A stretch of 64,000 nucleotides of DNA from Candidatus Krumholzibacteriia bacterium (GTDB taxonomy: Bacteria; Krumholzibacteriota; Krumholzibacteriia; JAJRXK01): the NCBI GenBank assembly GCA_041484665.1, contig JBGPIA010000008.1, positions 1 through 64,000 on the forward strand. The letters run 5' to 3'. This document shows, one piece after another, positions 37,040 to 46,461 of this stretch; within the stretch, counting starts at the first letter, position 1, and the number at the start of each line of letters is the position of its first letter. The notes under the pieces are model-generated. The model was not told where the DNA came from and made no database searches. It worked only from the letters and a program-made list of their open reading frames with translations. Made by a program: the position numbers and the translations under genes.

Positions 37040-37780
37040 TCAGTCCTTCATCTCGGCTGCCGCCGCCTTGCAGGCCTTCACTTGGAGATCGGTGAGGATC
37101 TTCGCCCCGCCCTTGGCCAGCGCCAGCATCGCCTGCAGCTGTGGATCATCGAACGCAGCGCCCTCGGCCGTGCCCTGGATCTCCACGAACTTCCCACCGG
37201 CTGTCAGGACCACATTCATGTCCACGTCGGCCTCGACGTCCTCGCTGTACTCCAAGTCGATGCTCGGAACCCCCTCGACGATCCCCACGCTCACGGCGCA
37301 GACGTGCTCCCTCATCGGATGAGCGGCCAGCCGGAGCCGGCGACGCATCCGCTCCAGGGCGATCCACAGGGCGACGCTGGCGCCTGTGATGCTGGCAGTG
37401 CGCGTGCCCCCATCGGCCTCCACTACGTCGCAATCGATGGTGACGGTGAACTCGCCGATCTCGCTGAGCTCGATCACCACCCGCAGGCTGCGGCCGATCA
37501 GGCGCATGATCTCGCTCGTGCGACCCGAGACCTTGCCGCGCACGGCCTCGCGCTCGGTGCGCTCCTGGGTGGAGCGCGGGAGCATGCCATACTCGGCGGT
37601 GATCCAGCCGTGTCCGGAATCCTTCCTCCACCGCGGCACGCCCGGCGCCAGGGTCGCGGCACAAATGACCTGCGTCTGCCCCATCTTGATCAGCGCGGAT
37701 CCCTCGGGATAGCGCTGGAAGTGTGGCGTGATCTCCACGTGCCGCAGTGCATTGGGCTTGCGGTCTCCGGGACGGCTCAT
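37040..37780 (-). CDS. rph: Ribonuclease PH
   Basis: GWITAEYGMLPRST, EIMRLIGRSLR, ADGGTRTASITG, EIQGTAEG. Confidence 0.97.
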   Translation of the reverse strand: MSRPGDRKPNALRHVEITPHFQRYPEGSALIKMGQTQVICAATLAPGVPRWRKDSGHGWITAEYGMLPRSTQERTEREAVRGKVSGRTSEIMRLIGRSLRVVIELSEIGEFTVTIDCDVVEADGGTRTASITGASVALWIALERMRRRLRLAAHPMREHVCAVSVGIVEGVPSIDLEYSEDVEADVDMNVVLTAGGKFVEIQGTAEGAAFDDPQLQAMLALAKGGAKILTDLQVKACKAAAAEMKD

Positions 37781-38760
37781 CGACGGTCCTTTCCCGATAC
37801 GGACCCCAGCCGACGCGCTCGCTTCGCGCCCGCTCCTCGGCCCGCCGCCTGGCCCTCGCGCTGGCCTCTCCCTTGACCCGCCGCCCGGCCCTCGCGCGGG
37901 CCTGTCCCCTGGCCCTCCGCCGGCTCCGACCGGGCCCCGAAGTCGGCTGCGTGATCCACGTGGTACTCGTCCTCCAGCGTCACGACCTCAACCTGCGGGA
38001 GCACGCGCTGCAGGAAGCGCTCGCCGACCTCCGCAAAGCGCTGGGGCACGTCGGTCACGACCAGCCGCAGCGAGCCCGGTCCCGGCGACAGCTCGCTAGT
38101 CTTCTCGAGGTCCTTCGCGACCGAATCCGCCAGCACCAAGGCCGAGTCCACCAGCGTGACGTGCGGCCCCATCGCCGCGGCGATCGCCGTCTTGAGCAGC
38201 GGGTAGTGCGTGCAGCCCAGGATCATCGTGTCCACGCCGCTGTCGCGCATCGCTTGCAGGTAGTCGCGGGCGACGGCACGCGGCACGTCGCCCTCCAGCC
38301 ACCCTTCTTCCGCTAGCGGCACGAACAGCGGGCAGGCCTTGCTGTCGACGCGCAGTGCAGGGCGCGCGGCCCGCAGGAGCTCACCATAGCGGTCGCTGGC
38401 GATTGTGGCCAACGTCCCGATCACGCCCACGTAACCGCGCGTGGCGGCGAGCGCCGCCTCCACGCCGGGCTCGATCACTCCCTGCACGGGGACCGGGCAA
38501 CTCTCCTGCAGCGCGTCCAGCGCCAGCGAGCTGGCGGTGTTGCACGCGATCACCAGCCGCTTAACCCCCTGCGATACGAGGTAGCGCGCCGCCTGCAGCG
38601 TGAATCGCCGCACCGTGGCCGCGCCCTTGGTGCCGTACGGCACGCGCGCAGTGTCGCCGAGGTAGATGAAGCTCTCCTGCGGCAAGCGCTCGCGCAGCGC
38701 GTGCAGAACGGTGAGCCCGCCGATCCCGCTGTCGAACACACCGATGGGCCGAACATCCAT
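37777..38760 (-). CDS. murI: Glutamate racemase
   Basis: IGVFDSGIGGLTV, DTARVPYG, IACNTAS, ILGCTHYP. Confidence 0.97.
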   Translation of the reverse strand: MDVRPIGVFDSGIGGLTVLHALRERLPQESFIYLGDTARVPYGTKGAATVRRFTLQAARYLVSQGVKRLVIACNTASSLALDALQESCPVPVQGVIEPGVEAALAATRGYVGVIGTLATIASDRYGELLRAARPALRVDSKACPLFVPLAEEGWLEGDVPRAVARDYLQAMRDSGVDTMILGCTHYPLLKTAIAAAMGPHVTLVDSALVLADSVAKDLEKTSELSPGPGSLRLVVTDVPQRFAEVGERFLQRVLPQVEVVTLEDEYHVDHAADFGARSEPAEGQGTGPREGRAAGQGRGQREGQAAGRGAGAKRARRLGSVSGKDRR

Positions 38761-38855
38761 CCCAGCTTGTCCTTTCGCGACCCGTTGGCCGGCCGATCCC
38801 CTCGCGCGGCTCGCCCGCCGCGTGACCGACTCGCCGACCACCTCGCGCGGCTCGC

Positions 38856-39707
38856 CTACAGCCACTCCTTGGTACGCAGCGGGCGAGTCAGGTCCACGTG
38901 CCCCGCCAGGGTCTCCACCTCGAGCCCATCCACCAGGATCTTCACCGCAATCACCTCGGGGAAATCCACGGCGATCGTGCGCACAATGCTGGTAAGCATC
39001 ATGATCTCCATCGCGGTGCCGCCAATCTGGCCGGCCACCAGCTCGTGGCTGAAGTCCAGATAGAGGATGCGCTTCTCCTCATCGTAGAAAGCGTTGCGCA
39101 GGCGCGTGCCGTCGGGAATCGTACGCACGGCTCCCTGCGCCTGGGGCCCCTTGAGCAGCTCGCCGATAACCTCCGCCGCCTCCTCATCGCGGTGGCTCTG
39201 CGCCTGGACCGCTCGCATCTCGCCGACGACCCCGTCGGCGTCGGGATTGCCGAAAAACACGGTCACCGACCGCGTGCCCAGCGACTCCTCGACCTGCTCG
39301 GGTTGAGGCGTCTCCGCCGGCGGCGCGGGGGGATGGAGACGCACCCGCCCGACAACGACGGCGGCCACGCCGAGGAGAACCACCAGCGTAAGGAGCCAGG
39401 GCCAGCGCCGACGCGCGGCATGCGGCGGCGGAGCCCCCGGTGGCGGCTGGCCCGAACCGGGGTCGACCCCCATTCCCTCGCCAAAGCCACCGTCCGTGGC
39501 CCCCTTGTGCATTCCCTGACCCGCGTCCGCGGACCGATCGTGCATACCCTGCTCGGCGCCGACCGCCGCAGCCGCGTTCCGCCCGGCGCCCGCGCCGGCA
39601 CCCGCACCCGCACCCGCGCCTACACCGGCGCCCGCGCCCGCGCCCTCGCCTGCAGGGACCCCGGGCTGTTCCCCCTGACCGAAGAGACCATCGGACTTGC
39701 GCTTCAC
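38856..39707 (-). CDS. GerMN domain membrane protein
   Basis: TM segment; ELLKGP, IPDGTRL, LDFS, VKILVDG...TLAGH. Confidence 0.85.
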   Translation of the reverse strand: MKRKSDGLFGQGEQPGVPAGEGAGAGAGVGAGAGAGAGAGAGRNAAAAVGAEQGMHDRSADAGQGMHKGATDGGFGEGMGVDPGSGQPPPGAPPPHAARRRWPWLLTLVVLLGVAAVVVGRVRLHPPAPPAETPQPEQVEESLGTRSVTVFFGNPDADGVVGEMRAVQAQSHRDEEAAEVIGELLKGPQAQGAVRTIPDGTRLRNAFYDEEKRILYLDFSHELVAGQIGGTAMEIMMLTSIVRTIAVDFPEVIAVKILVDGLEVETLAGHVDLTRPLRTKEWL

Positions 39708-41269
39708 GGCGCCTCCTCCCGCACCGCCTCCATGCGGTCGCGGAAGTTCAGCACCGCTGAGGTGAGCGCCTGCGCCAGCTTCGTGTGGAAGCTGTGGTCG
39801 GCGAGCATGCGCGCCTCGTCCTTGTTGCTGAGAAAGCCGACCTCCACCAGGATCGCCGGCATGTAGGCGCCCACCAGCACGCGGAAGCCGGCCTGCTTCA
39901 CGCCGCGGTCATGCAGCCCCATCTCCTCGGTCAGGCGCGATTGCACGGCCTCGGCGAGTGTCGCGCTCTCCTGGATGTAGAGGTTCTGCACGATGTCCCA
40001 CAAGATGAAGTCGATGTCGTGGGCAGCATCGATCGAGGCGTTCTCCTGCTTGGCCACGCTCGCGTCCCACTCGGTCTTGGCCGGCGACAGGAAGTACGTC
40101 TCCACTCCGTGCGCCTCGGAGCTCAGCCAGCCGTTGCAGTGGATGCTGATGAACAGGTCGCCGTTCTCGCGATTGGCCAGCTCGGTGCGCTCGGTCAGCC
40201 CGATCGTGTCGTCCCCCTGGCGCGTGAGCACCACCTGGATCCCCTCTTTGCGCTCGAGCACGCGCTTGACCTCGCGGCAGATCGCCAGGGTGATGTCCTT
40301 CTCCAGCAGGCCGAACTCCCCCTCGCGGCCAATGTCGGCACCGCCATGGCCGGGATCGAGGATCACCTTGCGCACGGTGACCTTGCGCGCGGCCGTCTCG
40401 GGCGGCAGCGTCTGCACCAGCTTGGGCCCCTTGGGCACGGGCTCGGGGATGGTGGCCAGGGGCGCCTGCTCGACGCGCAGCACGATCGTGTGGCCGTCGT
40501 CCTGCGAGAGCGACTGGTAGCGACTGGCGAGCTCGGAGAGGTGCACCGTCAGCAGCGCGTAGCCCTCCTCCTGCAGACTCTCCACCGACTCGACCAGCCC
40601 CTGCGGGGAGGCCTGGAGCAGCTGCTGCGGATCGAGGTGTCCGCCGTAGATCTTGAGCACGAGGTCGCGCGGCCGGCTGTCGTCGACTCGGAAGGCAAGC
40701 GGCGCGCGCATGCGCACGCGCAGCTCGGTGGTCAGGTCCTTCACGTCGAACTCCAGCGTCGTGATGTTGAGCTGGCGGACGCCGATCGACAAGGTGAAGG
40801 TCTGTGAGTCCCACGTCACGCCGCGCGCGGTCATGGCCGGCAGCACCTGCGTCAGGAACTCCATGGGGATCCACGGCTCGCCCTGATGCATCAGCACCGG
40901 CGCGCGCAGCATGATGGACTTCTCTTCCGAGACCACGGCGCGCGCGTCGACCGTGAGCGTGATGCGGTTGTTGCCCACGCGCAGCACGAGCTTGCGGACG
41001 TCGCTGCGCCAGAAGCGCCCGACCTGCAGGATCTCGGCGAGGTCGCTGCCGGCGATGTACCACTCCTCGCTGGGCGGGTTGAGCTGCTTGAGGGTGGTCG
41101 TGGCGGGCTCGCGGGAGTCACCGAAGAGCACCTGCGCTGAACGCGCCTCGTATTCGCGCTGTTGCGCCGCGCGCACGCCCACCAGGGGCAGCACGAAGCT
41201 ATGCAGCAGTAGCCCCAGCGCGACGACGCGGGTCCAGCGGGCCGGGTCGCAAGACGTGTCACGCTTCAT
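39704..41269 (-). CDS. N-acetylmuramoyl-L-alanine amidase (Amidase_3)
   Basis: ILDPGHGG, LEKDITL, LTERTELAN, FISIHCN, PAILVEVGFLSN. Confidence 0.93.
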   Translation of the reverse strand: MKRDTSCDPARWTRVVALGLLLHSFVLPLVGVRAAQQREYEARSAQVLFGDSREPATTTLKQLNPPSEEWYIAGSDLAEILQVGRFWRSDVRKLVLRVGNNRITLTVDARAVVSEEKSIMLRAPVLMHQGEPWIPMEFLTQVLPAMTARGVTWDSQTFTLSIGVRQLNITTLEFDVKDLTTELRVRMRAPLAFRVDDSRPRDLVLKIYGGHLDPQQLLQASPQGLVESVESLQEEGYALLTVHLSELASRYQSLSQDDGHTIVLRVEQAPLATIPEPVPKGPKLVQTLPPETAARKVTVRKVILDPGHGGADIGREGEFGLLEKDITLAICREVKRVLERKEGIQVVLTRQGDDTIGLTERTELANRENGDLFISIHCNGWLSSEAHGVETYFLSPAKTEWDASVAKQENASIDAAHDIDFILWDIVQNLYIQESATLAEAVQSRLTEEMGLHDRGVKQAGFRVLVGAYMPAILVEVGFLSNKDEARMLADHSFHTKLAQALTSAVLNFRDRMEAVREEAP

Positions 41270-41766
41270 TCGTCGCCCGCCCCGGCGCGCCTGCGCATCC
41301 CGCCGCGAGCGGCCTGGCGAACCTTGCGGTCGAGGTCGCGCTCGGTCTCGCTGGCGCGCTTGTCGTAGAGCTTCTTGCCGCGGGCCAGCGCCAGCTCGCA
41401 CTTGACGTGGCCGTCCTTGAAGTAGAATGCGAGCGGGACGATGGTGAGCCCCTTCTGGGCGGTCTGGGCAGCGAGCTTGCGGATCTCGCGGCGGTGAAGC
41501 AGGAGCTTGCGCGGGCGGAACGGATCGTGGTTCATCCGGTTGCCCTGCTCATACGGGCTGATGTGGACGTTGCGCAGGATCACCTCTCCCCCCACCACGT
41601 CGGCGTATCCGTCGCCGAGGTTGCAAGCACCATTGCGCAGACTCTTCACCTCGGTGCCCGCGAGCGCGATCCCGGCCTCGTAGGTCTCGAGGATCTCGTA
41701 GTTGTGCCGGGCCTTGCGATTACTCGCGATGGGCTTGGTCTGCCCGCTCTTCTTGCGCTCGGCCAT
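41266..41766 (-). CDS. smpB: SsrA-binding protein
   Basis: NRKARHNY, EAGIALAGTEVKSLR, RKLLLH, GKKLYDKR. Confidence 0.97.
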   Translation of the reverse strand: MAERKKSGQTKPIASNRKARHNYEILETYEAGIALAGTEVKSLRNGACNLGDGYADVVGGEVILRNVHISPYEQGNRMNHDPFRPRKLLLHRREIRKLAAQTAQKGLTIVPLAFYFKDGHVKCELALARGKKLYDKRASETERDLDRKVRQAARGGMRRRAGAGDE

Positions 41767-42012
41767 GGCCAATCCACGTCGAAGAAACCGGCAGCGCCCG
41801 GACGGCCCGCGCCTCAGGGCCCGCGCCCCAGGGCCCGCGCTGCGGGGCGCGCGCTGCGGGGCGCGCCTGCTGCGTGCCGGCCGCCCGACCGGCGCGAGTG
41901 CCCAAGCTATCAGATGCCCCCAAGGGCGGCAAGGCAACGGGGCGCGGCGAGCTGTCAGGGCGCCCGCGGAGCGCGCCGACGGACACGCGCGAACGCCGTC
42001 GGGCAGCCCAGC

Positions 42013-42041
42013 TTGACACCCTCCAGTGGCCGGACTACCAT
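42013..42041 (+). promoter_or_regulatory. Sigma70-type promoter for tRNA-Leu
   Basis: TTGACA-N17-TACCAT. Confidence 0.8.
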
Positions 42042-42083
42042 GCCTCCCCCGCGCGGCGCCCGTTCCGCGCGCGGCCCATCCGT

Positions 42084-42165
42084 GCCCGGATGGCGGAATT
42101 GGCAGACGCGCTACGTTCAGGTCGTAGTGAGGAAACTCGTGGGAGTTCGAGTCTCCCTCCGGGCA
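42084..42165 (+). tRNA. tRNA-Leu (CAG), CCA not encoded
   Basis: GCCCGGA/TCCGGGC stem, anticodon arm CTACG-TT-CAG-GT-CGTAG, long variable arm, GTTCGAGTC. Confidence 0.95.
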
Positions 42166-42189
42166 CGCCCCATATCCGCACGTTTGGGC

Positions 42190-42542
42190 ACTCCCCGGCC
42201 GACCAGCTGCTACGGCGAGGCCCCGTTCCTGGTGCCCGGGGATTCCTCCACTCCCAATGAAGCCTATTTCATTCGTGCCGAATGGGTCATCGAGCAGGCT
42301 CACCAGTGGGGTATGACCGTGTTCCTCTGCCCTGCGTGAGTCGGCTACCCATGTGGGAGCTCCGGCTGGTGCCAGGCGATGAAGCAGAACGGCCCCACGA
42401 AGATGGGCCGACTACGCCGACAGCACCAAGACGCCAGTCGAGATGCGTGCTGACGACGAGCGCACGGCCGTTCGTGTACATCGAGGGGCGCTACGAGTTC
42501 GAGGGAAACTGGACCGACCAGTGTGTGCGCAGCCAGGCCTGA
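42190..42542 (+). pseudogene. Remnant of a DUF4038 / GH140 apiosidase-like gene
   Basis: Fragments GEAPFLVPGDSSTPNEAYFIRAEWVIEQAHQWGMTVFLCPA* and RPFVYIEGRYEFEGNWTDQCVRSQA* in different frames resemble N- and C-terminal motifs of this family (recognised from memory). Confidence 0.5.
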
Positions 42543-42865
42543 CGTTCATCAAGTAGGGGATCGAGACGGTGCAGGATTGGGTGCGGAGCACGGCGCCGCG
42601 CCCTGCTGCGTGCGCTGGGTTCAGCGTGCCGGGATTCCCGCGGCCGCGCGCAACGGAATGCAGCCCGGGCCGTACGCTCCAAGCAGGGTCTGCTCGCAGC
42701 GGAAACGGCCCGGGAATGACGCCAACGGACAGCGCCGACGGCGCCCGGCAGCCGCGGTCAACGCCAAGCCGCAGTGCCAACGCCGCCAGGCGGCCGAAGC
42801 TGATGCCGCGCGGCTGCGCGCGTCCCCCACGGTGCAGAGCCGCCAGACCGCTCCGAACGTTCGGC

Positions 42866-43294
42866 TCAGAACTGCACGTAGACCGCGCGGTGCTCTTCCA
42901 CGGCTAACGTCGCGGCATTCTGCAACGTTTCCTGGATGGATTTCTGATCGCCCGGATCCGCGACGGTCAGGTCCGTGCTGCTGCCAGGAGCCATTCCAGT
43001 CTTGGCCGATGCGCAGGTCACCTTGATCTCCATCGGCGTGAAGATCCCCAACGTCAGGAAATTAACCAGCTGGTTGACGAAGCTGAGCTGCGTCTCCACT
43101 TTCGCCACACCGTGGGGGCACAGCGCCATGGTCGAGATGGTCTTGGGAGGCACCAGCCCATAGATCCAACCGGGGGCGAACGCCTTCGTGATGACCTGCG
43201 TGGAGGGATCCAATCCGGTTTCGATGGTCGCGTGGTAGCAGCCACTCAGAGTGAGTAGTCCAATCGCAAGAGCTAGGCAGCTCCGAATTCTCAT
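42866..43294 (-). CDS. Bor/Iss family lipoprotein
   Basis: Lipobox LSG-C; WIYGLV, CPHGVAKVETQLSFVN, LTLGIFTPMEIKVTC. Confidence 0.8.
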   Translation of the reverse strand: MRIRSCLALAIGLLTLSGCYHATIETGLDPSTQVITKAFAPGWIYGLVPPKTISTMALCPHGVAKVETQLSFVNQLVNFLTLGIFTPMEIKVTCASAKTGMAPGSSTDLTVADPGDQKSIQETLQNAATLAVEEHRAVYVQF

Positions 43295-43438
43295 CGCTTC
43301 TCCTGTCGCGGTGCGATCTTGATGAGCTACAAACATCCAGCGTTCCCTACCCGCGCGGGGCGCCCTGCCTGGCGGCACGGGCCGCGCCGAAGCGGCCGGG
43401 GGTTGCGAGCGTTGATCCTCGCTCGCCCGATGATCGTG

Positions 43439-43777
43439 TCAATCGATTTCTCGCCTGAGCAATCGCGTCAGCGCAAGAACGGAGCCTCGCACCACCACCA
43501 CGACGGCAATGGCGGTCGGTGTGAGTCGGACGCCGGGCGCGAGCGCGGCCCCCAGGAGTCCAAGCGGCAGCAGCACTGCATAGGTGACGATGGCCCAGCG
43601 CTTCAGATTCCAGACGCCGACCAACGCTACGAGCTGCAGGACGAGGACGATGCCCGGCAGTAGGGCCGCACGGCTGCGCGCCTCGATGAGAAACCCGCTG
43701 GCGGCGAGCAGGGCCAACAGCTCGAGGCTCAGCAGCAGCCGCAGGGCGATTCGCGCGAGGTGCGTGCCGCGATCCAT
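43439..43777 (-). CDS. Small integral membrane protein
   Basis: Four hydrophobic segments. Confidence 0.55.
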   Translation of the reverse strand: MDRGTHLARIALRLLLSLELLALLAASGFLIEARSRAALLPGIVLVLQLVALVGVWNLKRWAIVTYAVLLPLGLLGAALAPGVRLTPTAIAVVVVVRGSVLALTRLLRREID

Positions 43778-43804
43778 CGCAGCTCTCGTCGCCGGGCGCG
43801 CGCG

Positions 43805-44755
43805 CTACTTCACCAGCGTCATCGATCGCATGACCCACGCCCCGCCGTCTGAACGCAGGGCGGCGCGGTAGAGTCCGGCGGCGACGCCACGGCCCGAGTC
43901 GTCGGTCCCATCCCAGCGAACCTCGAACTGGCCTTCCGCGTGGTGCTGGTCGACCAGAGTGCGCACCCAGTGCCCACGCGCGTCCAGGATGCGCAGCTCC
44001 ACGCGCCCCTCGGCGGCGAGCGCCACGGTCAGCGTTGTGGCTGGGTTGAACGGGTTGGGATGGACCGATTCGAAGCGATATGGAGCCTGCGGCAGTGACA
44101 GCGGGCCGACCCCCACTCCCGAGATGGGATCGCCGTAGTCTTCGAGCTTGAACACGCGGTGACCCTCCACGCGGAACGTCCAGATGTGCTCGTGGATGCA
44201 GCCCGCAGGGCAGTCACCCCACCCATGGCGAAACGTGTAGGTGCCGAGGGACTCCGATGTGATGTCGTCTGGGTCGCCGATGGAGCCGCTGCGATAGACC
44301 GCCAGCACCCCACTCGCCTCCGCGTAGATCGGCCCCAGCACGGCGGGGTTGTAGCAGGTCTCGAAGCACAGGCTGACGCTGTCGAGGGTCGGCTGCACAT
44401 CGCAGACCCTCACCGGTCCGTACTGCGCGTTGAGCGCATCCATCCCCGTGTACGCCCCGGCCTGGAGCTCGGCGAACGCTTGCGGCGTGAGCCCAATGTA
44501 CAGCCGCCCCAGCGTACCCCGGGGACGTGCGTGGATGTTCGTCATGAGGGCGAAGGCCGCCCGAATGGCCGCGAGGTCGGACTCGACCTGGGCGACCAGC
44601 GCCGGCTCCGGGAGCAGCGCGCCCGAAAGATCCAGCGCGAGGATCACACCATCGGACTGCAGGCATCCCTGGGACGCCGCCGGGCCGGGAACGAGCGCCG
44701 CGAGCAGACCGGCGAGCGCGAGAGCGAGAGTCCGAGCGAGCAGGCGAGCGTCCAT
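43805..44755 (-). CDS. Secreted protein with GWGDCPAGC motif and C-terminal FlgD Ig-like domain
   Basis: Signal peptide; PNPFNP...WDGTDDSGRGVAAGLY. Confidence 0.85.
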   Translation of the reverse strand: MDARLLARTLALALAGLLAALVPGPAASQGCLQSDGVILALDLSGALLPEPALVAQVESDLAAIRAAFALMTNIHARPRGTLGRLYIGLTPQAFAELQAGAYTGMDALNAQYGPVRVCDVQPTLDSVSLCFETCYNPAVLGPIYAEASGVLAVYRSGSIGDPDDITSESLGTYTFRHGWGDCPAGCIHEHIWTFRVEGHRVFKLEDYGDPISGVGVGPLSLPQAPYRFESVHPNPFNPATTLTVALAAEGRVELRILDARGHWVRTLVDQHHAEGQFEVRWDGTDDSGRGVAAGLYRAALRSDGGAWVMRSMTLVK

Positions 44756-44911
44756 GGACCACCTCAGGGTGGGAGTGCGATCGGGAGCCCGCGGGGACTG
44801 TGCAGCGCGGGGATGGGCGCGGTCAAGGCCGACCCCATTGAATTGCCCCGTTCGCCCTCCGTCGGGTGCCAAACTCGGGCAGTGTCGCTCCCGGGCGCCG
44901 CCCCCGTGGCC

Positions 44912-45586
44912 CTATGGCCGCTGCCCCTGCGTGAACTCGGGGTGCAGCTGCGGGTAGTCCAGCTCCAGCCGCACGTAGTAGCGCTCCGGGGCTTGCGCGC
45001 GCAGCTCCAGCTGCGCGTGGACTTCGACGTCCTCGTAGATGCGCAGGTAGATGCCCTCGGCAGTGGAGAGCTTGCCCTCGGTCGAGTTCCGTCGCAGCCG
45101 CGGGTCGCCGTAGCGGCCGGCGAGCCGGGCGTCGAGGCGCGAGAACAGCGTCAGCGGTCCGCGCGTGCCGCCGGAGATGTCGCGCCACAGCAGCTGGATC
45201 CGGTACAGAGGGCTGCGCGCTCGGTCGGCGGCGGCGTCGAGGAAATCACACACGAGCTCGACGCTTCGTCCCTCCAGCCTGCCTTCGTACCGCAAGCTGG
45301 TCGGCCGGCCCGGGCGCTCCTGGAGACCGAGACCGCGCACGACCTCGTCCACCGCGAGCCGATCCATGCCGAAACGGATCCCGTAGATGCCATCGGCCGG
45401 TGGCCCGTACCATCCCTGCCACGGTCCGCCTCCCGGGGCCTGCGCGACAACGATGATCGGGACAGCGCCACAGAGCAAGACAGCCAGCGCAAGCAGCCTG
45501 GCCCGTGAGACCCACTCGCACCAAGGCGTCGTGCGGCGGAACGCGCGCGTGTTAGCGTTGGCGGGGCTGCCGAGGTCCAGTGCCAA
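44912..45586 (-). CDS. Exported hypothetical protein
   Basis: GGAG RBS with TTG start, hydrophobic segment, YGIRFGM...RYG.P pattern. Start uncertain. Confidence 0.6.
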   Translation of the reverse strand: MALDLGSPANANTRAFRRTTPWCEWVSRARLLALAVLLCGAVPIIVVAQAPGGGPWQGWYGPPADGIYGIRFGMDRLAVDEVVRGLGLQERPGRPTSLRYEGRLEGRSVELVCDFLDAAADRARSPLYRIQLLWRDISGGTRGPLTLFSRLDARLAGRYGDPRLRRNSTEGKLSTAEGIYLRIYEDVEVHAQLELRAQAPERYYVRLELDYPQLHPEFTQGQRP

Positions 45587-45858
45587 CTGCGGGTCTCCCT
45601 GCGTGTGCGCCCCGAGCGGTCGCGGTGCGCCGCGGTCGGGGCGCGCTCCTGCCGAAGCGTCGGGCCGAGGCGGTTACCGGACAGCGCCGCGTCGGAGCGC
45701 CCCGCCGCACCGCATCGTCGGATCTCCGCGTCGGAGCGCCGCGCCGATGCGCCCTGGCAAGGTAGAGGCGCGGCGGGCCCGCGAGCAAGCCCGCGCTTGG
45801 GGCGAGTTCCCCTCGTGAAGTCCGGAGACGGCCCGTGCAGCGCCGAGCGGAGGTCGCC

Positions 45859-46422
45859 ATGACCGACTCTTCCGAACAGAGCGACGACCGTCTCTGCCCC
45901 CGCTGCCGCGCGCCGGTGGCAGCGGGCACGCCGCGTTGCCCCGCCTGTGCCTTTGTCCTGGTGCCAGACGACGCGCTCGCGCGAGCACAGGAGGCCACGC
46001 ACGAGCTCGGCGAGCGGCTGCGCGCCTCTCCCTACTTCCGCAACGCGAGCCTGCTCCCGTACGTGCCGCGCGGCCAGGTGCGAGGCTTCCTGGAGGATCC
46101 CTCCCACCCGCTGTCGCGCGATCTCTTGCGCTACCTGCATCGGATCGCAGTCGAAGGCGGGCGCGGCGGGTTGCGGCATCTGCTGGCACTGGCCGGCACG
46201 CGCTGGCTCACGGCGCGCGACCGCGCCCTCGCAGCGGCGATCGGCTACGTCTACCGGCGGCATCGTGCGCAGTTGCGCGAGCTCTCGGTTTCCGATGAAG
46301 CCGCAAGGCTGCGTGCCCTGCGCGATGGCCCCGCGCGCGGACAGCCTCCTGCGCAGGAGTTCGCGGCGATGCTGGAGGAAAGCTTCGCGCGCTGGCACGC
46401 GCAGCTGGCGCGTCCGACCTAG
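45859..46422 (+). CDS. Zinc-ribbon-containing hypothetical protein
   Basis: GGAGG RBS; CPRC...CPAC. Confidence 0.65.
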   Translation: MTDSSEQSDDRLCPRCRAPVAAGTPRCPACAFVLVPDDALARAQEATHELGERLRASPYFRNASLLPYVPRGQVRGFLEDPSHPLSRDLLRYLHRIAVEGGRGGLRHLLALAGTRWLTARDRALAAAIGYVYRRHRAQLRELSVSDEAARLRALRDGPARGQPPAQEFAAMLEESFARWHAQLARPT

Positions 46423-46461
46423 CGCGCCTCCAGCGGTCGCTCCGTCGCCGCTGCTCGAGGA

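Noticed and set aside
41770..42080. tmRNA next to smpB
   Set aside because: No tRNA-Ala-like ends or tag ORF seen; the adjacent RNA is tRNA-Leu.
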